From: Vulcanimicrobiota bacterium
GTDB lineage: Bacteria > Vulcanimicrobiota > Vulcanimicrobiia > Vulcanimicrobiales > Vulcanimicrobiaceae
Length of the DNA stretch: 64,000 nt
Assembly (NCBI GenBank): GCA_963714015.1
Contig: OY970223.1
Coordinates: 3,168,001-3,232,000, forward strand
Reading direction: 5' to 3'
Below the pieces are notes generated by a model. That model was not told the origin of the DNA, did no database searches, and saw only the letters and a program-made list of their open reading frames with translations. The position numbers and the translations under genes are program-made. Below are positions 61,200 to 64,000 of this stretch, in pieces; within the stretch, counting starts at the first letter, position 1, and each line of letters starts with the position of its first letter.

Positions 61200-63632
61200 A
61201 TGTCTAGAATTCTCGCGGCGCTGCTTGCCGCGTTTATCACAATCACGGCGCTGCCGGCGATGGCGGATACGATCGGTATCGTTCGCGGAACGGTCGAAGT
61301 CAACGGCAAGCCGGCGGCCGGCGTTAAAGTCACGCTCAGCGGCGAAGGCACCGTCGACCAGCGCAAGACCGACGAGGGCGGTACTTATATTTTCTCCGGC
61401 GTACAGTTCGGCAGCTATACGCTCACAGCCGACTATCCGGGCGTCGCGCCCCGTACGGTTCAACTGTCGGTTTCCTCCGATCAAGTTCTCACCGTCAACA
61501 TGGCGCTCGGCGAGCTCAAAACGATCGGAAGCGCAACCGTTACGGCTCACGCAGGCGTGAGCGGCACACCGGTCTCGGTAAACGACGTCACCAAGCAGCA
61601 GATCGCCGCTCTCCCCATCAACAACAGCCTGAATCAGCTCGTTCAGACTGTGCCCGGCGTCGTACGGTTCTCCTATAACGAGCCGGTCGCGCACGGGTTC
61701 CATGGCGTGACGTACGAAATGGACGGCGCGCCGATGCCGCTTGCGACCAGTTCGAACTTCGCCGAGATCATCGATCCCAAGAACATCGACTCTTTGGAAA
61801 TCTTCACCGGCGCGATTCCCGCCGAGTACGGCGGAAACCGCGAAGGTGCGGTCGTGAATATCATCAGCAACCGCGCGAGCGATCTGACGGCACCTTACGA
61901 GGGTTACTTCACGACCGGCGGCGGGAGCTTTGGTCAGGTGGTGAACAGCTTCGACAACGCATTCAAAACTGGCAAGACCGAGATCTTCCTGAACGCGAAC
62001 ACGCAGGTGGGCAGTCGCGGCCTGGACACGCCGACTGTCACCCCGATTCATGACGAGAACTCGCAGTCGGACGAGTTTCTGCGAACGATTACCACGTTCA
62101 ACGATCGGCAGTCGCTGGCGTTCGACGTCTCCAATCAGCTGGCGCAGTTCCAGATCCCGATGAACACGAACCCCAACGATCCGACCGACCCGCAATTCAA
62201 CGTTCCGGCTACGGACGACGTTCAGCGCGAATACGACCGCTATGCGAGTCTGAATTTCACGAGCTCGTCGAAAGACGGGAACGGCATCTTCCAGCTCATT
62301 CCTTGGGTCCGCTCCACACGCATTGCCTACGACGGCGACTTACAGAACGACGTTCTGGGCTTGACTAATCTGGGACCGTGCTCCGGTCAGAGCCCGGCGC
62401 CGTCGTTCTGCACGAGCGCCAATCCCGATGCTCCGGTTTACCAAAGCGCGATCGGGCTCAAGCAGGACCGCAAAGCCAACTACGTCGGCCTTCGCGTGTC
62501 GGACTTCCGGGCCACTTCGCACCACGCGTTCAAGGTTGGATTGGACGCGAACCGTGAAATCCTGACCGCGGACGAAACGTTCGCGTGCTACGACCCCACT
62601 TGCAATACGGTGGTACCCGGGTACCCCTTACCGCCGGCGGCTTCGTTCACGACGAACACCACGAACCAGGATCAGGCCGGGACGCAAGTGGGTCTCTATG
62701 CGCAAGACAAGTGGACGCCCTCGCAGCAGTTGTCCGTGGACTACGGACTTCGCTACGATCGCTCGACCGGTTACGTCGGCGGCGATCAATTGAGCCCACG
62801 CATCGGCGTAAACTATGCTCCCGACAGCACGAACGTCATCCATGCGTACTACGGCCGCTTCTACGCCGCACCGCAGCTCGAGGACGTCCGTCAAGCGTGC
62901 GTCGTTCTGCAAGGCTGCTCGGGAACCCCGACGTATGACCTCAAGCCGGAGACCGACTCGTATGCGGAGATCGGATTGTCGCACACGTTCTCACCGAGGC
63001 TGAGCGTCTACGTCAACCAGTGGGAACGCTACGTGAGCAACGTTTTGGATACCACGCAGCTCCTGAATACACCGCTGTTCGCCGTGTACAACAACGCGAT
63101 CGGCCGCGCGCGCGGAACCGAGGTCAGGATGCAGGCCAAGCTCCATAAGGCGGACACGTGGTTCATTTCGGGAACGTGGTCCAATTCGCTCGCGGCCGGC
63201 ATCTCGGGATCGACGTTCCTCTTCCCGCCCTCGCAGCAGACTGTTCCAGGGGTTCCGCTGATCGACCAGCTCTCGCCGGAAGATCACAGCGAAGCAGTCG
63301 CGGTGAATTCCGCCTACACGCATCGCTTCGGTTTGAATGAGGCGTATTACGCAACGATCGAGGGCGAGTACGGAACGGGGTTCCCCGTGAGCTTCGAGGG
63401 TCTCGTAAACGGCCAGCCCGTCGGATTCAGCGGCACGCTCCCGACGCACTTGACCGCAGACCTGGCTCTTGGGCGCGATCCGGGCCGCAACGGCGATCGC
63501 TCATTGGGCTACGATCTAAGCATCCAGAACCTGTTCAACGATCGGTACATCATCAAAATCGCCAACGGGTTCAACACGACGCAGTACTCGCAAGGGTTCA
63601 ACGCGCTCTTCCGCGTGACCGCGCCGCTGTAG
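61200..63632 (+). CDS. TonB-dependent receptor with N-terminal carboxypeptidase-regulatory-like domain
   Basis: Signal peptide ..PAMA, plug 'IDSLEIFTGAIPAEYG..GAVVNI', YAQDKW, GLRYD, LSPRIG, LKPE, QNLFN. Confidence 0.9.
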   Translation: MSRILAALLAAFITITALPAMADTIGIVRGTVEVNGKPAAGVKVTLSGEGTVDQRKTDEGGTYIFSGVQFGSYTLTADYPGVAPRTVQLSVSSDQVLTVNMALGELKTIGSATVTAHAGVSGTPVSVNDVTKQQIAALPINNSLNQLVQTVPGVVRFSYNEPVAHGFHGVTYEMDGAPMPLATSSNFAEIIDPKNIDSLEIFTGAIPAEYGGNREGAVVNIISNRASDLTAPYEGYFTTGGGSFGQVVNSFDNAFKTGKTEIFLNANTQVGSRGLDTPTVTPIHDENSQSDEFLRTITTFNDRQSLAFDVSNQLAQFQIPMNTNPNDPTDPQFNVPATDDVQREYDRYASLNFTSSSKDGNGIFQLIPWVRSTRIAYDGDLQNDVLGLTNLGPCSGQSPAPSFCTSANPDAPVYQSAIGLKQDRKANYVGLRVSDFRATSHHAFKVGLDANREILTADETFACYDPTCNTVVPGYPLPPAASFTTNTTNQDQAGTQVGLYAQDKWTPSQQLSVDYGLRYDRSTGYVGGDQLSPRIGVNYAPDSTNVIHAYYGRFYAAPQLEDVRQACVVLQGCSGTPTYDLKPETDSYAEIGLSHTFSPRLSVYVNQWERYVSNVLDTTQLLNTPLFAVYNNAIGRARGTEVRMQAKLHKADTWFISGTWSNSLAAGISGSTFLFPPSQQTVPGVPLIDQLSPEDHSEAVAVNSAYTHRFGLNEAYYATIEGEYGTGFPVSFEGLVNGQPVGFSGTLPTHLTADLALGRDPGRNGDRSLGYDLSIQNLFNDRYIIKIANGFNTTQYSQGFNALFRVTAPL

Positions 63633-63708
63633 GAAGCCCTAAACCTGCGGGAGCCGCGGCGAGGAAGGAATGTCCAGCCGCGGCTCCTGAACGTAGCGCC
63701 CCGATACA

Positions 63709-64000
63709 ATGCACGATCTCAATCGCGGCCGCATCGTCGTAACCGGTGGGGCGGGCCTCATCGGCAGCGCTCTCATTTGGGCCTTGAATCTCCGAGGGGT
63801 GGACGACATCTTGGTCGTCGACCGCCTCGACGCATCGGAAAAATGGAAGAACCTCGTTCCGCTCCGCTATCGCGATTATATGGACGCGGACACTTTCGAA
63901 CGCCTGGCGCTCGAGCGGTCGCCCGAACTTGCCGGCGTTCGGGCGCTCTTCCATTTGGGTGCGTGTTCGAGCACTACTGAGACCGACGCGGCCTACCTGA
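63709..64000 (+). CDS. rfaD: ADP-L-glycero-D-manno-heptose 6-epimerase (3'-partial)
   Basis: IVVTGGAGLIGSALIWALN..G..DILVVD..EKWKNL...FHLGACSSTTETD. Confidence 0.9.
   Translation, partial: MHDLNRGRIVVTGGAGLIGSALIWALNLRGVDDILVVDRLDASEKWKNLVPLRYRDYMDADTFERLALERSPELAGVRALFHLGACSSTTETDAAYL

Noticed and set aside
63650..63687. 11-bp inverted repeat GGAGCCGCGGC/GCCGCGGCTCC after the TBDR as a REP or MITE
   Set aside because: Only one copy was found in the window; it is more simply a transcript-end or stabilising hairpin.

Overview
GC-rich bacterial chromosomal window. It combines Firmicutes/Actinobacteria-like genes (spoVS, ymdB-like phosphoesterase, fhaA-fhaB-PP2C-rodA) with diderm markers (TonB-dependent receptors, ADP-heptose epimerase), which suggests Candidatus Eremiobacterota (WPS-2); this is inference, not a database result. 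Most of it is housekeeping or metabolic: a beta-oxidation operon, cfa, an Lhr helicase, def-fmt-rsmB, hslVU, topA-trmFO, ahcY-metK and tRNA-Asn. About ten genes carry single-base frameshifts that look like long-read assembly errors. Top candidate: a metal/redox envelope locus (about 56.8-63.6 kb) in which two similar His-containing membrane leader ORFs both end in RPPP. In each, the leader 3' end base-pairs with the Shine-Dalgarno of the next outer-membrane gene (a Cyc2-like cytochrome-porin fusion followed by a multicopper oxidase, and a TonB-dependent receptor), a candidate ribosome-stalling attenuation system. Other highlights are a two-gene DUF692/MNIO RiPP-like cassette with a CxxC precursor, a GGRKK-repeat histone-like protein divergent from topA, a structured ncRNA candidate upstream of the ymdB-spoVS operon, and a catalytically degenerate PP2C in the FHA-rodA cluster. 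No CRISPR array, integrase, transposase or rRNA was seen.
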